Notes: a model not told the origin generated them from the letters alone. A stretch of DNA of 63,950 nucleotides, filler included, from Conidiobolus incongruus B7586 (GCA_000697335.1; 10 parts of 10 records of this genome joined end to end with filler, not necessarily neighbours in it), one strand, 5' to 3'. Numbered from the whole stretch's first letter, positions 28,415 to 41,907 are shown. Numbers and translations are program-made.

Positions 28415-29438
28415 TTACCATAGAATCGAAGAAATGGGAAATTTTTTAATTTCCAATTTTTCAAACATATTATTAGTTTCAAATAAGCAAATATATACAA
28501 AACAAATAGGAAAATAAATAGTTTTGAATTATATATATATATATATATATATAATAATTTTTTTGATTAAAAAATGAATTTTTTAAAATNNNNNNNNNNN
28601 NNNNNNNNNNNNNNNNNNNNNNNNNNNNNNNNNTTAATTAATTAANNNNNNNNNNNNNNNNNNNNNNNNNNNNNNNNNNNNNNNNNNNNAACTAAAGCTT
28701 AAAAAAAAGCTAGAGTAGCTATTGCTAAACAAAACTTACTAAGGTATAACCAGAAACCAAGGCTTTTACAGTGAATTATTGCAATTGATGAATCTTAGAT
28801 TCCTTTGTATAATCCTTTGCTAAAACATAAATCAAAGTGTTGGATTAAACCAAATCAACCCCCTCCACAAATTCCTTTAAATAAGCACTTTATTGATAAG
28901 CAAATGTTAATTGTAGCAATAGATTATAATAGCATATGCTATTCTTATTTAGTTCCTAAAGGAAAATCTATTAATAGTAAACTTTATATTTCTTTTTTAA
29001 ATAAAACTATTTCTAATTGGTATTCTCAATATAATTTGAGAAGACCTATTATTTTGCATGATAATTGCAAAATACATAAATCTAAAGTTGTAAAAAACTT
29101 TCTAATTAAAAATAACTGGAAAGAACTACCACATCCAGTATATTCCCTAGATTATAACCTATGTGATTATAATTGTTTTGGGCAATTAAAAAACCAGCTT
29201 ACAGAAAAGAAAATTTCTGCAGGAAAATTTAATTGGTTTGTGAAACATCAAATTTCAGTCTTTAATAAAAAGAACTGTTTTTTAGGTGTTAGATCTTTGC
29301 TAAAAGTATGGCAAAAAGTTATTAGAAATAAAGGAAATTATTAATTTTATATTATATATTTATTTTTACTTTGTATATATTAAAATGTTTATTTTTTTTC
29401 AATCGCAAAAAATTCCCATTATTTAAATTACAAAGTAA
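28415..29438 (+). mobile_element. mariner DD34D transposon spanning a gap; transposase pseudogene 28690-29344
   Basis: In-frame LLQ*IIAIDES*IPLYNP...ILHDNCKIH-(34 aa)-HPVYSLDYNLCDYNCF. Stops are TGA at 28772 (from CGA) and TAG at 28796 (from TGG). Right TIR ends at 29438 plus TA. A divergent left-TIR candidate lies at 28415. Confidence 0.9.
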
Positions 29439-29947
29439 TATTTTACTTTTTGAAAAAAAACATTTAATAAGAGAATATATTTTATAGAAATAATTGATTT
29501 AATATCATAATTCAATATTATAAGTTCAATATAATGGAATATAAAAGTTCAAAATATATTTCAGCAGCGAACTTTATTGAAATATATAATATACAATATG
29601 ATCATCAATGTCATTGTAACTTTCAATATATAATTTATATAACACTTATCATTATGTTTTAAATATTAGCCAATTTTTATATTCATATTAATTTCTAATA
29701 TTACTTATTTGATATATTCAATTCAGTAAAACAGCTTTAATCATTTTATAAGTTTTAATATTTGCAATTCAAAAATACTTGAATATAATTTTTGATTTGA
29801 AAATAAGACTTCATACATTAAAATGCAAGATTAAACGTCAAATTTGATATTATTATAAATTTTTTAAAATATTTTGAAAAATAATTTACAAATATTCAAA
29901 ACAATTGGTTTTATTTGTTATTAAAAATATAATTCAGATTAATATAA

Positions 29948-30466
29948 TTACAAAATAGAAATTGACTTTTGGTGCTTAGGAGACTTGGATAGGATTACAG
30001 TTAATATGCCATCGGTATACTCAGCTGATATCCTTTCAACATCCACTTGTGAGGGAAATTCAATTACTTTCTTGTAAGGCTTAGTCGAGATTTGTCTGAG
30101 GTGGACTGTGAAATCATGTTCATTAGCCTTTGTGTTCTTTGATTCGCTATTTTCATATTGAGGTATGGATTCAAGTTCTTCACTAACTTCGCCATCAACT
30201 TTCTCTTCAGATGATTTCTTTTCTTCATTCTGTTTATTAGTGGAAACAGTTAAGATATTCTCTTCAAAGTTGATAGATATGTATTCTTTAGGAATGCCAG
30301 GTAATTGAATTCTCACTTTGTATGCATCATCAGATTCGAGGATATCAGTGCTAGGAATGGTATAAGAAGGTTTTCTGGATTTGCAATTTGATTGAGCTGG
30401 ACATAAGTAAAGATCAACCAAGTTGTTGACGAAAGGAGCTTGAATATTGGAATAGTAGAGAAGCAT
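29948..30466 (-). CDS. HSP20: small heat-shock protein HSP20 / alpha-crystallin domain, 172 aa
   Basis: TDILESDDAYKVRIQLPGIPKEYISINFEENILTVS and FPSQVDVERISAEYTDGILTVIL, with C-terminal I-x-I. Confidence 0.93.
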   Translation of the reverse strand: MLLYYSNIQAPFVNNLVDLYLCPAQSNCKSRKPSYTIPSTDILESDDAYKVRIQLPGIPKEYISINFEENILTVSTNKQNEEKKSSEEKVDGEVSEELESIPQYENSESKNTKANEHDFTVHLRQISTKPYKKVIEFPSQVDVERISAEYTDGILTVILSKSPKHQKSISIL

Positions 30467-30599
30467 TTTGACCTGAAGGTTTGATTATTGAATTGGCTTA
30501 TAGGTATCAGTAATTTTGTTCCTGACTCAATCAAACTATTTATACGCTTTTTGAACGAGCTCCATACAAAATCTCGATAAAATCAGAAATCAAACCAAA

Positions 30600-30614
30600 T
30601 TTCTAGAAAATTCT
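30600..30614 (-). promoter_or_regulatory. perfect heat-shock element upstream of HSP20 copy 1
   Basis: tTTCtaGAAaaTTCt is three alternating nGAAn pentamers. A TATAAA lies on the minus strand at ~30539-30544. Confidence 0.85.
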
Positions 30615-31224
30615 TTTATCAAAATGGAATTACGGATTTGGAGAGTAAGATGTTTTTTGCAAAATAGTAACTCAAATATATCAATCATTAAGTGATATTA
30701 TATCCTTAATATGATACATAAGACAAAATCAATTTATTCTTATTCTGTTTATACAAGAAATCATTTCCCCATATAATTGATTAACAATGCTCAATCAAAA
30801 AGCAATTGTTGATTATATATTTGAAAATAACAACAAAATTAGTAATATCAATAATTATGTATAGCTATGGTTATATTATTAAAATATTCCAAGTATTGAA
30901 GACTAAAAAATATTAAGCCATTAAATGGTCTCACTTTTAATTTTGTAATAACATCACATATAATTATAGAATTATTAGAATTTATAATAATTAATAATAG
31001 TCAATGAGTGTAATTATGTGTAAACCTTGAAAAAGATATTGAAAAAATTCAATTATAAATCAAGATACAGCTATACAGTTTATATTTGCATTATATACAT
31101 AATTCATAAACTTGGAACATTTACTCAAAACAATATTTATATAAGTATCAAATTGAGAAACTGAATTATATATAATTTAAATAATTAATTTTATTTGATA
31201 AAAATACAAATTAATTTAATGTAA

Positions 31225-31743
31225 TTACAAAATAGATATTGATCTTTGATGCTTAGGAGTCTTGGGTAGGATTACTGTTAATATGCCATTGGTATACTCA
31301 GCTGATATCCTTTCAACATCCACTTGTGAGGGAAATTCAATTACTTTCTTGTAAGGCTTAGTTGAGATCTGCCTGAGGTGAACTCTGAAATCATTATTAT
31401 CATTTGTTTCCTTCACATCTTTGTTGCCATTTTGAGATGTCGTAGATTCGAGCTCTTCACTTACTTCGCCATCAATCTTCTCTTCTGGGGATTTCTTTTC
31501 TTTATTATGTTCGTTGGTGGAAACGGTTAAGGTATTCTCTTCAAAGTTGATGGAAATATTCTCTTTGGATATTCCAGGTAATTGAACTCTTACTTTGTAT
31601 GCGTCATTGGATTCGAGAATATCAGTGTAGGGAGTAGTATAAGAAAAGCTTCTTGATTTATGATTGGAGTGATGGGAGGATAAAGTGTAAAGATCGAACA
31701 AGGCATCGACCAAAGGATCTTGAATATTGGAGTAGCAGAGCAT
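31225..31743 (-). CDS. HSP20: small heat-shock protein HSP20, tandem paralog, 172 aa
   Basis: Same alpha-crystallin motifs and close nucleotide similarity to 29948-30466. Confidence 0.93.
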   Translation of the reverse strand: MLCYSNIQDPLVDALFDLYTLSSHHSNHKSRSFSYTTPYTDILESNDAYKVRVQLPGISKENISINFEENTLTVSTNEHNKEKKSPEEKIDGEVSEELESTTSQNGNKDVKETNDNNDFRVHLRQISTKPYKKVIEFPSQVDVERISAEYTNGILTVILPKTPKHQRSISIL

Positions 31744-31877
31744 TGTGACTTGGAATTGAAACTATCTGATTAACTTGGTAATAATGTTTAGTTTTTATTC
31801 TAATTTCAATACAGCTATTTATACACTTTTTGATCAATTTTAATTTAAATCATGAAAAAATCCGAATTTGATCCAAA

Positions 31878-31892
31878 CTTCTAGAAAATTCC
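31878..31892 (-). promoter_or_regulatory. perfect heat-shock element upstream of HSP20 copy 2
   Basis: cTTCtaGAAaaTTCc, at nearly the same spacing to TATA and ATG as in copy 1. Confidence 0.85.
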
Positions 31893-32336
31893 CAAACCAA
31901 AGTTAAATTACTAATTTGGATAGTTCAAATTTGGAAAGCCAAACTTTTCAAAATATGAATAATAGTTGCGTAATAATATACATTGGAGAGTATAAATCTA
32001 AATAACATTGAAATAAAATATTATTAATATTAGTCATTAATAATATATTATTTACTTTATTAATTATATTTTCATACAATTGACTGAACAATGTAATATC
32101 AAATTGAAGTATTAGCAATTGCATATAACCTTGAATTTATTATTTTTTATTATAACAATTCAGTGAGAAATTAATTGAATATGTTAAGGTTATGAAAGTA
32201 GGATATAATTAAGAAATAAATGATCTCAAAATATAANNNNNNNNNNNNNNNNNNNNNNNNNNNNNNNNNNNNNNNNNNNNTTAATTAATTAANNNNNNNN
32301 NNNNNNNNNNNNNNNNNNNNNNNNNNNNNNNNNNNN

Positions 32337-35300
32337 TAATTAACTATAAATTATAATTAATTTATACTTATATAGTTAAATTAATTATATAAATAATATT
32401 GAATTATCTAATAAACTAGGTTTTTCTTTTTCTTTTCAATTCTAACTATTTTTTACTTTTATATTATTTCTAAGATTGAAACTATATTCTATTATATTAT
32501 AGGATATTAGCATTACCTAATATAAATCTTAATATATTAGTGACTTATCCTAGTTTAAAGCTTAATTAAACTTTGTTTACACTTGCATATTACAGCTATA
32601 TTATATTATTATATTCTATTCATATTATTTTTATATTAAGTTTTCCTCTATATTATATTAGTTTAACTACTATTATATTTATATAGTAGTAATAAAACTA
32701 TTAAAAACCTATTAGAAATTAATAACTATCTGTATTAAACTTAATTATTATTATTTTAAATTTTATCTATGATTTATTTCATTTTAAATTTAACACTATA
32801 TACTATAATACCACTAAAAAAAATACCTTCATGTTATTTTAATAATGATAGTAACTTAATTACTAAATAAATCTAAAACTTTAGTTTTTAAAAACTTACT
32901 ACCCTTTAAAAAGTTTATATTAGACAACTTTTGATTAAAAAAAACATATCTCAAAAAGCTTAAATCTAACAAACTAGCTATTTTAATATAATTAATACAT
33001 TAAACTACCTCTTTAATATCTTTAAAAACAAATTAATTATTTATAATAGTTTTAAAAACCTTTATAAGCTTGAAAACTACCTTAAAAATAAAAAGAATTA
33101 CCTTGATTTAATCCCAGATAAAAATCTAAAGAATATCTTTAAATTAACCACTTTTTTTGGAAAATTTTATTTATACTTGGTAGTTAACTTATTACAAGCT
33201 TAATCCTAAAGAATCTTCAAGAGGATAACTTATTATAAAAATATAAACTTTTAAACAATTAGGAAAAGCTTTTAAAGAAAAATATTACCTAAAAGATTAA
33301 GTTTAATTAACAAGAAAAAAACTATCTTAGCTTAAATAATAAACTTTTACAAAATAATTAATTGAGAAATTTAATAAGATATGTTTAAATATATTAAATA
33401 TCACTGAAAAAGAATAAATCTACAAACTATTATAATGCTTTAACCTTCAAGTGAAGCTTTAATTAATTAGTAGGGAATACTTTAATAATATGTTTTTTCT
33501 AATATTTATAATGTAGTAATTATAATTGATGATATTTTTTACTTTATAATTAAATTTTCCCACCTTAAAAATTAATTTTTTAAACTTTACTTTAACCTAC
33601 CTAAATTTTAAATGATAGATATTTCTGCTTTAAAGCTTTATAAGAAAATCTTTAGTAAAAAAGTTAAAGTTTACTTGAAAACAAACAAAAGTTGTTATTA
33701 TTATTAAAAAACTTAAGTTAACTATAAAGCTAATAAATACCCTTTAAAAAAACAACATCTGTTTAATTTTTAATAATTTTAACCTACTAACCATAAATCA
33801 AACTTGAATAATATTAATATAACTTTAAAATTACCTTTTTTATAATTAGTTAGCAAATTCTAATTTAATCCATAAAAATTCTAATTGACTATTGATTTTA
33901 TAAATTAAACTATATATACTATAAAAAATCTAATTGATTAAACTATTAAAAACTAGAAATATTTTAGTAACTAATTTATCTTGTAATTTTTTACCTTTAA
34001 CTATCACTCTATTGTTTGTGTTAATTAATTCTTTTATAAACACACTTGTTAATATTTTAATTAATTCTAGTTATTTTAATTATATTATCTCTTTTTCTAT
34101 TGTTGTAAAGTTATCTTTACCTATTTAAAAAAGTAACTTGATAATTAAATATACTAAAAACTTAATAGAATAAATATTTGGTACTATATTTAGATATTTA
34201 TTATTACTCCCTAATTACTATTAATATATTAAATTCCTAGTTGTTAACATTAATTATAATTTTATACTAGGTTAAAATTAGTTTAAATATCATAGTTTTA
34301 TATTTATAAATATTACCCCAAAAAGCTACAAATTTATTTTTTTTATATTCCAAAAAAAATTAATAGAATTAATCTTAAAAAACCTATATTATTTTATTAC
34401 ACTAACCTACAAAAGTAAGCTATAAAATCAAAAATATATATATTTTAATTAATAACTAAAATAATTATATATATTAGATTATTTAAAACTATAATATATA
34501 ATTAAGGTATATTATTTAATAATAAATAAATATATTTAGATATATTTAGTAAACTATTAGTAAAAATATTAACCTTTAATATTTAACTAAAGTAAATTAT
34601 AAATTTACAGGTTTTTGAGATAAAAAGATATATTTAATAATATATAACCATATTTTTTTTCTCTCTTTGTTATTATTTTATATAATATTTTACAAATATA
34701 CTAAATTTTTTTTATTAGTATTATTATACTTAAATTCCTCTCTAAAAAAATTTACTTATATATTAATTAACTTTATAAAAAAAATAAATTAACTTATAAT
34801 ATTGTTAGAATTACTAATGTTAGTTAGTTTACTATAGTTAAAGTTGTTAAGAATAACAATAAAAAAACATTTAAACTTAAACTTAAGTGTGTTAAAATTA
34901 TAGATAAATATAATAAGAAATATATTTATAAGTTAATTTAATACAAGTAAATATAGTATTACTGTAGAAATATAACAGGAATTATAAAACTATATAAGAA
35001 TATTAGTTAGCACTAATATTATTATATATACTTTATATTAATATAGTTACTACTTATACTTTAAGAAAAAACACCCCTAACTAAAGAAATCCTATTGTAA
35101 AACTAGGTAAAAGTTTAAATGTTGCTACTAATGTTAAATTAAAACTAATTAAAGTAAAGTTATTTAGTTTAATGAAACAAAAATATACTTTAGTAGATTT
35201 AATAAAAAAGCTAGATACTTTAGAAAAGATATAAAATTACTTTATAATCATTATATTAATTTTACTTAAAAATATAATAATAGGTTAATTATTGTTTAAG

Positions 35301-38300
35301 GATATATGTTGTTTTTAAGTATAAAGTATCTTTATAAAGTTAATAAAAAAATTAATACTAAAATATACTAAAGTATTTTAAACAATGAATTAAAAAAAAC
35401 TATTGAATAATATAAGTTAAATAAATTTGATATTATTTTCTAGTAAGATAATACTTTTTATTATACTATAACTTCTATTACCAAATAACTTAAAAATAAC
35501 AAGATAATAGTTATAAAGTAGCTTCTTTAATTTTTTAACTTTAATCTAATTAAACACCTTTAGGATTAGTTAAAAAAACTATTAAAGCTTTCCCCCCCCA
35601 ACAAAAAATTTAAATCAACTTTAAAAATATATTCAAGAAGTATAAAACAAAATTAACTTTTTTTAGTATAAGAAGTTAGTTGATTCTATACCCCACAAAC
35701 TTAAAGAAGTTAGAAAAGCTAAAGATAGATACATTAGGTTTTAATTTTTTTTATCACTAAAAACTTATAAATTTATAACTTACTTTAGGTAAAATTTAAA
35801 GGTTTATATTTTAACTAATTAATAGCTAAATATTATCATTTAATAATATATATAACTAATAAATATAATAGATTTTAATTATTTAATTTAAGTTTATTTT
35901 ATTAAATATTAATTAAGTTATTAGTAAAAATATAAGTGTTTTTGATATTATAACTTACTTTTGTAAGTTAGTGTATAAAATTATTAAATATTATACCTAA
36001 CACTAACTCTATAATTGTAGCAAATAATTCTATTATTATAAATTAAAACTAATGTAAAAAACTAATTAAAAACTTTAATAATTTATAAAGATATATATTT
36101 GTTTGTTATTTACCTATTAATACTTTATTTGTTAATTTTAATAAAGTTATATTTAATAATTACTTTTTATATAATATAATAATTTAATTTGCTAATGTTT
36201 TTGAATTTATAGATAAATTACCTTTTAAACATAATATTAAATATAAAATTAAGTTACTCTTTAGTATACAACTATATTTATAGTTTACTTACTATTTATC
36301 TCTTGAATAATATTAAACTTTAAAAGAAGAAATCTAAAAACTACTTAAAAATAAATATATTAAACTTTTTTCTTTATCATAAAAATCTCTAGTCTTCTTT
36401 ATAAAAAAAACTGATGGTAATTAGAGACTATATACTAATAACTGTGTTTTAAACTCTAAAACTATCAAGGATAAAATTTTATTATTAAACCTATATAATA
36501 TTAGGGATAAATTACTTAAATCAATTATATTTATTAAACTATATATTAAGAATAAATATTATAACATTAAAGTTAAAGAAAATTCTATCCCTTTAATTAT
36601 TTTAAACACTCTTTTAAGTTACTATAAATTTACTATTATAAACTTTAAATTGTGTAATACCTTTGTAACTTTTACTTAATTTATCAATTCCTTTTTTAAC
36701 CTTGTTTTTAATAACTTTATTATTACTTACTTTAATAATATTTTAATCTATTTAAAAACTAAAAAGAATATATTTAACATGTTAATTAAATCTTACAAAT
36801 TATTCAAGAGTATAAATTACCTTTAAAACTATCAAAATATATCTTTAGTATCTCTTCTATCTTTTTCTATAGTTATATTGTTTCCTCTTAAAAAATTAAT
36901 ATTGATTTAACTAAACTTAATGGTGTTAAAGCTTTTACTATACTTATAAACAAAAATTAACCTATATTTATACTTAAATTATTAAATTACTTTAAAGATT
37001 TCATTGATTCTTTTATTAAATTTATTGTTTTTCTTACTAATCTCTTAAAGAAAAACTCTCTTTTTAAATAAACCCCATTATACATTTTCTACATAAATAC
37101 TTTAATTTTCTATACTACTAATGTTTTTACTTTATCTATTTTTGATTTAAAACTACCTACTATTATTTTTACTAACTTTAATTTTTCTATAATTAGTAGA
37201 TAATTAGCTTAATTTAAATTTAATTTATATTTTACTTTATAACTATAAAATAAAATAATAAATAAAAGAGAATAAGTTGAGTTTAACTTTACAGATATTA
37301 CTTTAAAACTAATAACATTCTAGTTAAGAAAAATAAAACCAGCTGAATTAAAATACCTAGTTTATAAATAAAAACTTTTTGCTTTAGTAGAAATAATTAA
37401 AAATCACTTATATTTTTTATCCTATAATTTTTTCTTAGCACTTATAAATTATAAATCACTTATCTATTTAAATACTTAGAAGCATTTATTAAAAAAATAA
37501 GTTAGATAGATTAAAACTATCTAAGCTTATCTTTTCTTTATTTAATATCTTTTAGGTTAATAAAATTATATTGTAGATACTTTGTTAAAAAATTTTACAT
37601 ACTTACCCTTTTATTCTAATTGTAAAAATCTAGCAAATATTAACTTAATGAATATTAATGAAGGAAATAAAAAATTTATTAAACTACTTTAAGAAACACT
37701 ATTAAATAATAATTTTTTTATTTTAGTTAAAGAAAAACTCTTTAAACTATTAGAAAACTAATTAAAATATGTTAAAAGATTTAAAATTATCAATAACTTA
37801 CTATATTATAATAATTGTTTATATATTTTTAACATTCCTAAGATTTAACAAATAATATTTAATGAATACTATAATTTACTTGTTAGAAAATATTAAAACT
37901 AGTTAAAAACTGCTGAGAGAATTAAAATAAAGTATTACCAATTTTCCCTAGTTAAATCAATTTAGAAATACACCAATATTTATGATATATGTTAAAAAAC
38001 TAAATATAATATTTAACTAAAATATAATAAATTTATTCCCCTACAAGTTTTTAATAAAACTTAATAATAAATCTAACTTAATTTCATAGAAATTCCTAAA
38101 TCAACAAATAGTTATAATAACTTACTAATTATAATTAATTTATTTTTTAAATATGCTTATTTTATTTTTTATTTCAAAACTTTTATAGCTAAAGATATTA
38201 TATAATTGTTATTCTTTAATATCTTTACCTACTATAGAATTCCACAAACTATTATATCTGATAAAAATATATAATTTAACTCTTGATTCTAGAAGTTATT

Positions 38301-39557
38301 ATCCTTTTTCTTTAAAATTAACCTAGTTATATCTACTACCAATTATCACTAAACTAATAAACTTGTTAAAAAAATTATTAAAACCTTAAAACAAATAATT
38401 AAAGCTTATATTAACACTGATCAGTTAAATTAAGATATCTATATCTACTAACTCTAATATTTATTCAACATCTTTATTAATAAATTAACAAGTTTTAACC
38501 TTTATTTTATTAATTTTAGTAAATATCCTAACTTAATAATTACTTTAAAACTTTAAATCAACTTATCTTTAGATATTGTTGAATTTTAATCTAATATCAA
38601 ATATATTAATTCCCTTATTAAATTTAACTTAGAAGAAAATCAAAGGATTATAAAACAACAATATTTAAAGTTATTTAGAAATCTTGTTAAATATAAAATT
38701 AACATGTTTGTATACTTAGAACAATCTACCCTTAAACTTACCCTATTTAAATTTAACTTAAATCCTAAATATTTACTATTATATTATAATCCCTATAAAA
38801 TTTAATTTATTGATTTAAATTTTAAAAATATTACCTTAGAATTACCTCTAACTTTAAGGATCAACTTTACCTTTTACATATCTAAAATTAAACTATACTT
38901 TAAAGATTTTAATATTTTTCCTAATTGATTAAAAACCCCTAAACTAGATCTAATTATTAATTAAAATAGAGAAGAAGAATACTATATTAATTATATAATT
39001 AAGTTTATATCTATTAGGAATAAGCTTTATTTTTATATAAAATGGATAGGTTATTTTATTAAAGAAGTTATATAAGAACCCCTAGAAAATATTAAGAATA
39101 TCTTAGCTTATTATATCTATTTGTAAAAATTTAAAGAGTGTGTCTCTTTTAAAAAACCTACTAAGAAAGTATTAAGAGACTAATTCTTTAAATTCTTATA
39201 TATACTTTCATATAATCTAATTAACTATATATTATAATTAATTTATACTTATATAATTAAATTAATTATATAAATAACATTGAATTATTTAATAAACTAG
39301 GTTTTTTTTTCTCTTAATTCTTACTATTTTTTACTTTTACACTATTTCTAAAATTGAAACTATATTAATATTATAGGATATTAGCATTACCTAATATAAA
39401 TCTTAATATATCAATGACTTATCCTAGTTTAAAGCTTAATTAAACTTTGTTTACACTTGCACACTACAGCTATATTATATTACTATATTTTATACACACT
39501 ATATTTATATTAAATCTTTCTCTATACTATATTAGTTTAACTACCACTATATTTACA
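32337..39557 (+). mobile_element. second copy of the Ty3/gypsy chromovirus (5' LTR cut by gap), interrupted by a Tc1 insertion
   Basis: Colinear with 13013-18662. 5' LTR ends at 32683. 3' LTR 39170-39557 ends in an intact ...ttaCA. Confidence 0.93.
34400..35973 (+). mobile_element. Tc1-like DD34E DNA transposon nested in the gypsy element
   Basis: TIRs cactaacctacaaaagtaag... / ...cttacttttgtaagttagtg with a TA duplication on both sides. The empty site is present in gypsy copy 1 (ccttattataaaatta, ~15066-15081). Confidence 0.93.
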
Positions 39558-41610
39558 TTATTCTTATTTAAATTAATTTAAATTAAAATATAAAATTAAA
39601 ATATATTTCCTTATTATAATAATTTATANNNNNNNNNNNNNNNNNNNNNNNNNNNNNNNNNNNNNNNNNNNNTTAATTAATTAANNNNNNNNNNNNNNNN
39701 NNNNNNNNNNNNNNNNNNNNNNNNNNNNTAATTAAATAATAAATAAAATTATTTATTAATATATTAAGATTTATATCATATAGTGCTAATATATTATAAT
39801 ATTAATAAGATATAAATTCAACTTTAGAAATAATATAAAAGATAGAATAATAATAAAAATATTGAGAGAAAAAAAGAAACAAAGTTTATTAAATAATTTA
39901 ATATTATTTATATATTTAATTTTACTATAAAAATATAAATTAATTATATAATTTATAATTAAAAAAATTATCAAGATATATATAAAAACTTAAAAAACTA
40001 GTCTCTTAATATATATAATAAAATTAAAACAGGAAAATAAAAAATATATAAAAAATATTATTTTAAAAATCTAAAAATTATATAAAGTATTATAAAACAA
40101 AGATCAAAATATTTTTTAATATAAAAACTTAAAAAATATATAAACTCTTATATTAATATATTATTATTAAAATAATATAAAACTATATACAATAATTAAA
40201 GTGGTATATATTTTGAATTATAAATAATTTGAATTATTATTATATCCAATATATTTTCTTAATCTTATATACAATGATTTCTATTTTTTTTAAATATTTT
40301 TAAAAGTTTTTAAAAAATAAAGTTTTTCAAAAACCAAAACAAATAGAATTTGAATTCTTAAAATTTATTAAAACAAGAGAAAACTTTTATAAAAAAAGGG
40401 ATATATTATGAAATTAAAAGATGGAAACTAGTCTAAAAATATAATGGTAGATATATATATAAAGATTGAAATATTAGTTATATTGAATAAAAAATAAAAA
40501 AATTGATAAAAATAAAAATAATAACATATATTGGTAATTTTATTTAACTTTAAATTCTATAAATATAAATTAAAAATTATCTGAATAACTACAGATGGCA
40601 GTATATTATTATAGTTATTATATTTAAATCATTTTCTATCCCGTATCCATATTACCAATTTATAAACAGCCTGCTAGGTTTAATGAAGTTCACACTATGA
40701 GTTTATGACCAAATTCTGGTTGGATGTAACATTAACCAACTCCTTCTCTAACATCTCTGATAGGGGTATTGGTGAGCACTGGTAACTTGTCATTAATCTC
40801 ACCACCCAGTTATCCAACTGACTCAGATCACCAAAGTGGTCAAGTAAAAAAGCAGCTCTTAAAAGATTTTAAACTGCTTGTATAATATAAATAAATATAA
40901 TCTACCTACCTTTAATGATTTTATGATTATATTTTAGAAATCAAAGCACAATTTGATGAACTTTCAGATTCAAAGACCTTGCATGATTATACCTTTTATA
41001 ATTGGTTGGCATGATATCATGATATTTGTAATCAGTGATCCCGTTAACGCACTACAATTTACCATTTTGGTTCACTATTTCCTTATTTGGATGCGAACGA
41101 ACTTAGGAAAACAATCAATATAATAGACTTTAACATTTAATTTTTAATATTTCATGTGATCATAACAACTTCGGTTATAGATTAAAAAAAATCATTAGCT
41201 ATTCTGGAACATAATCCAATAATATTGCATGAATTACATAATTGAGTAGTCAAAAGAAGTCAAATTTAATTCAAATTTCCGTAAATTAAGTTGGATTAAA
41301 TAAATATTCATATTATCGAATGTAAGTGATTAAAGAAATTTTTTAAGGTATAATTGGTGTCACGAGTCAACGTGACATTACCTAAAATAGGATATAATAG
41401 GAACATTTAAAGTTCCACTTCCCTTGAAATAATCACTACAAGACAAAAGGACAAAGAAGACAAAGAAGACAAAGAAGGCCAAAAGAAGTATAAGAGAACA
41501 CATCAGAATAGCTAGATGAGCTATTCTGGTCATTCCTTTAACAGATCTAATAATTAATAAATAAGTTCCTCAGAGTTATAATATTTTATTCACATTAATT
41601 AGCTATCATT

Positions 41611-41907
41611 ATGGTACTGTTACGTTCTATTTTATCTCCTGTAACATTCAAAGAAGTTCCCCTCGCAGAGTCACCTCAGACATCAGTATTCAAATTAACA
41701 TTTGTCCTGCTATGTGTAATGGTTAGCTGGGGAGGAACTTGGTTAACTACAGGAAGTAATCGCTGGATAATGCGTTTGTGTCTACTAATGAGTTGGGGAA
41801 TCCTTATACATCAATGTGATGACTTCGTGGTGAATTCTTCAGCTCCTCATTGGCGGATCTTAGAGGTAGTTGACAATTGGATATTCACTGATCAGGAAAT
41901 GGATTAA
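41611..41907 (+). CDS. hypothetical 98-aa protein with two hydrophobic segments
   Basis: ATG-started ORF in a locally GC-richer patch. No recognisable family. Confidence 0.3.
   Translation: MVLLRSILSPVTFKEVPLAESPQTSVFKLTFVLLCVMVSWGGTWLTTGSNRWIMRLCLLMSWGILIHQCDDFVVNSSAPHWRILEVVDNWIFTDQEMD

Noticed and set aside
12964..39557. Alternative genetic code as an explanation for the many in-frame TAA/TAG in TE reading frames
   Set aside because: Stops fall at former Trp, Gln and Arg codons alongside missense changes of the same C>T/G>A type, and they differ between copies. Host genes read normally with the standard code.
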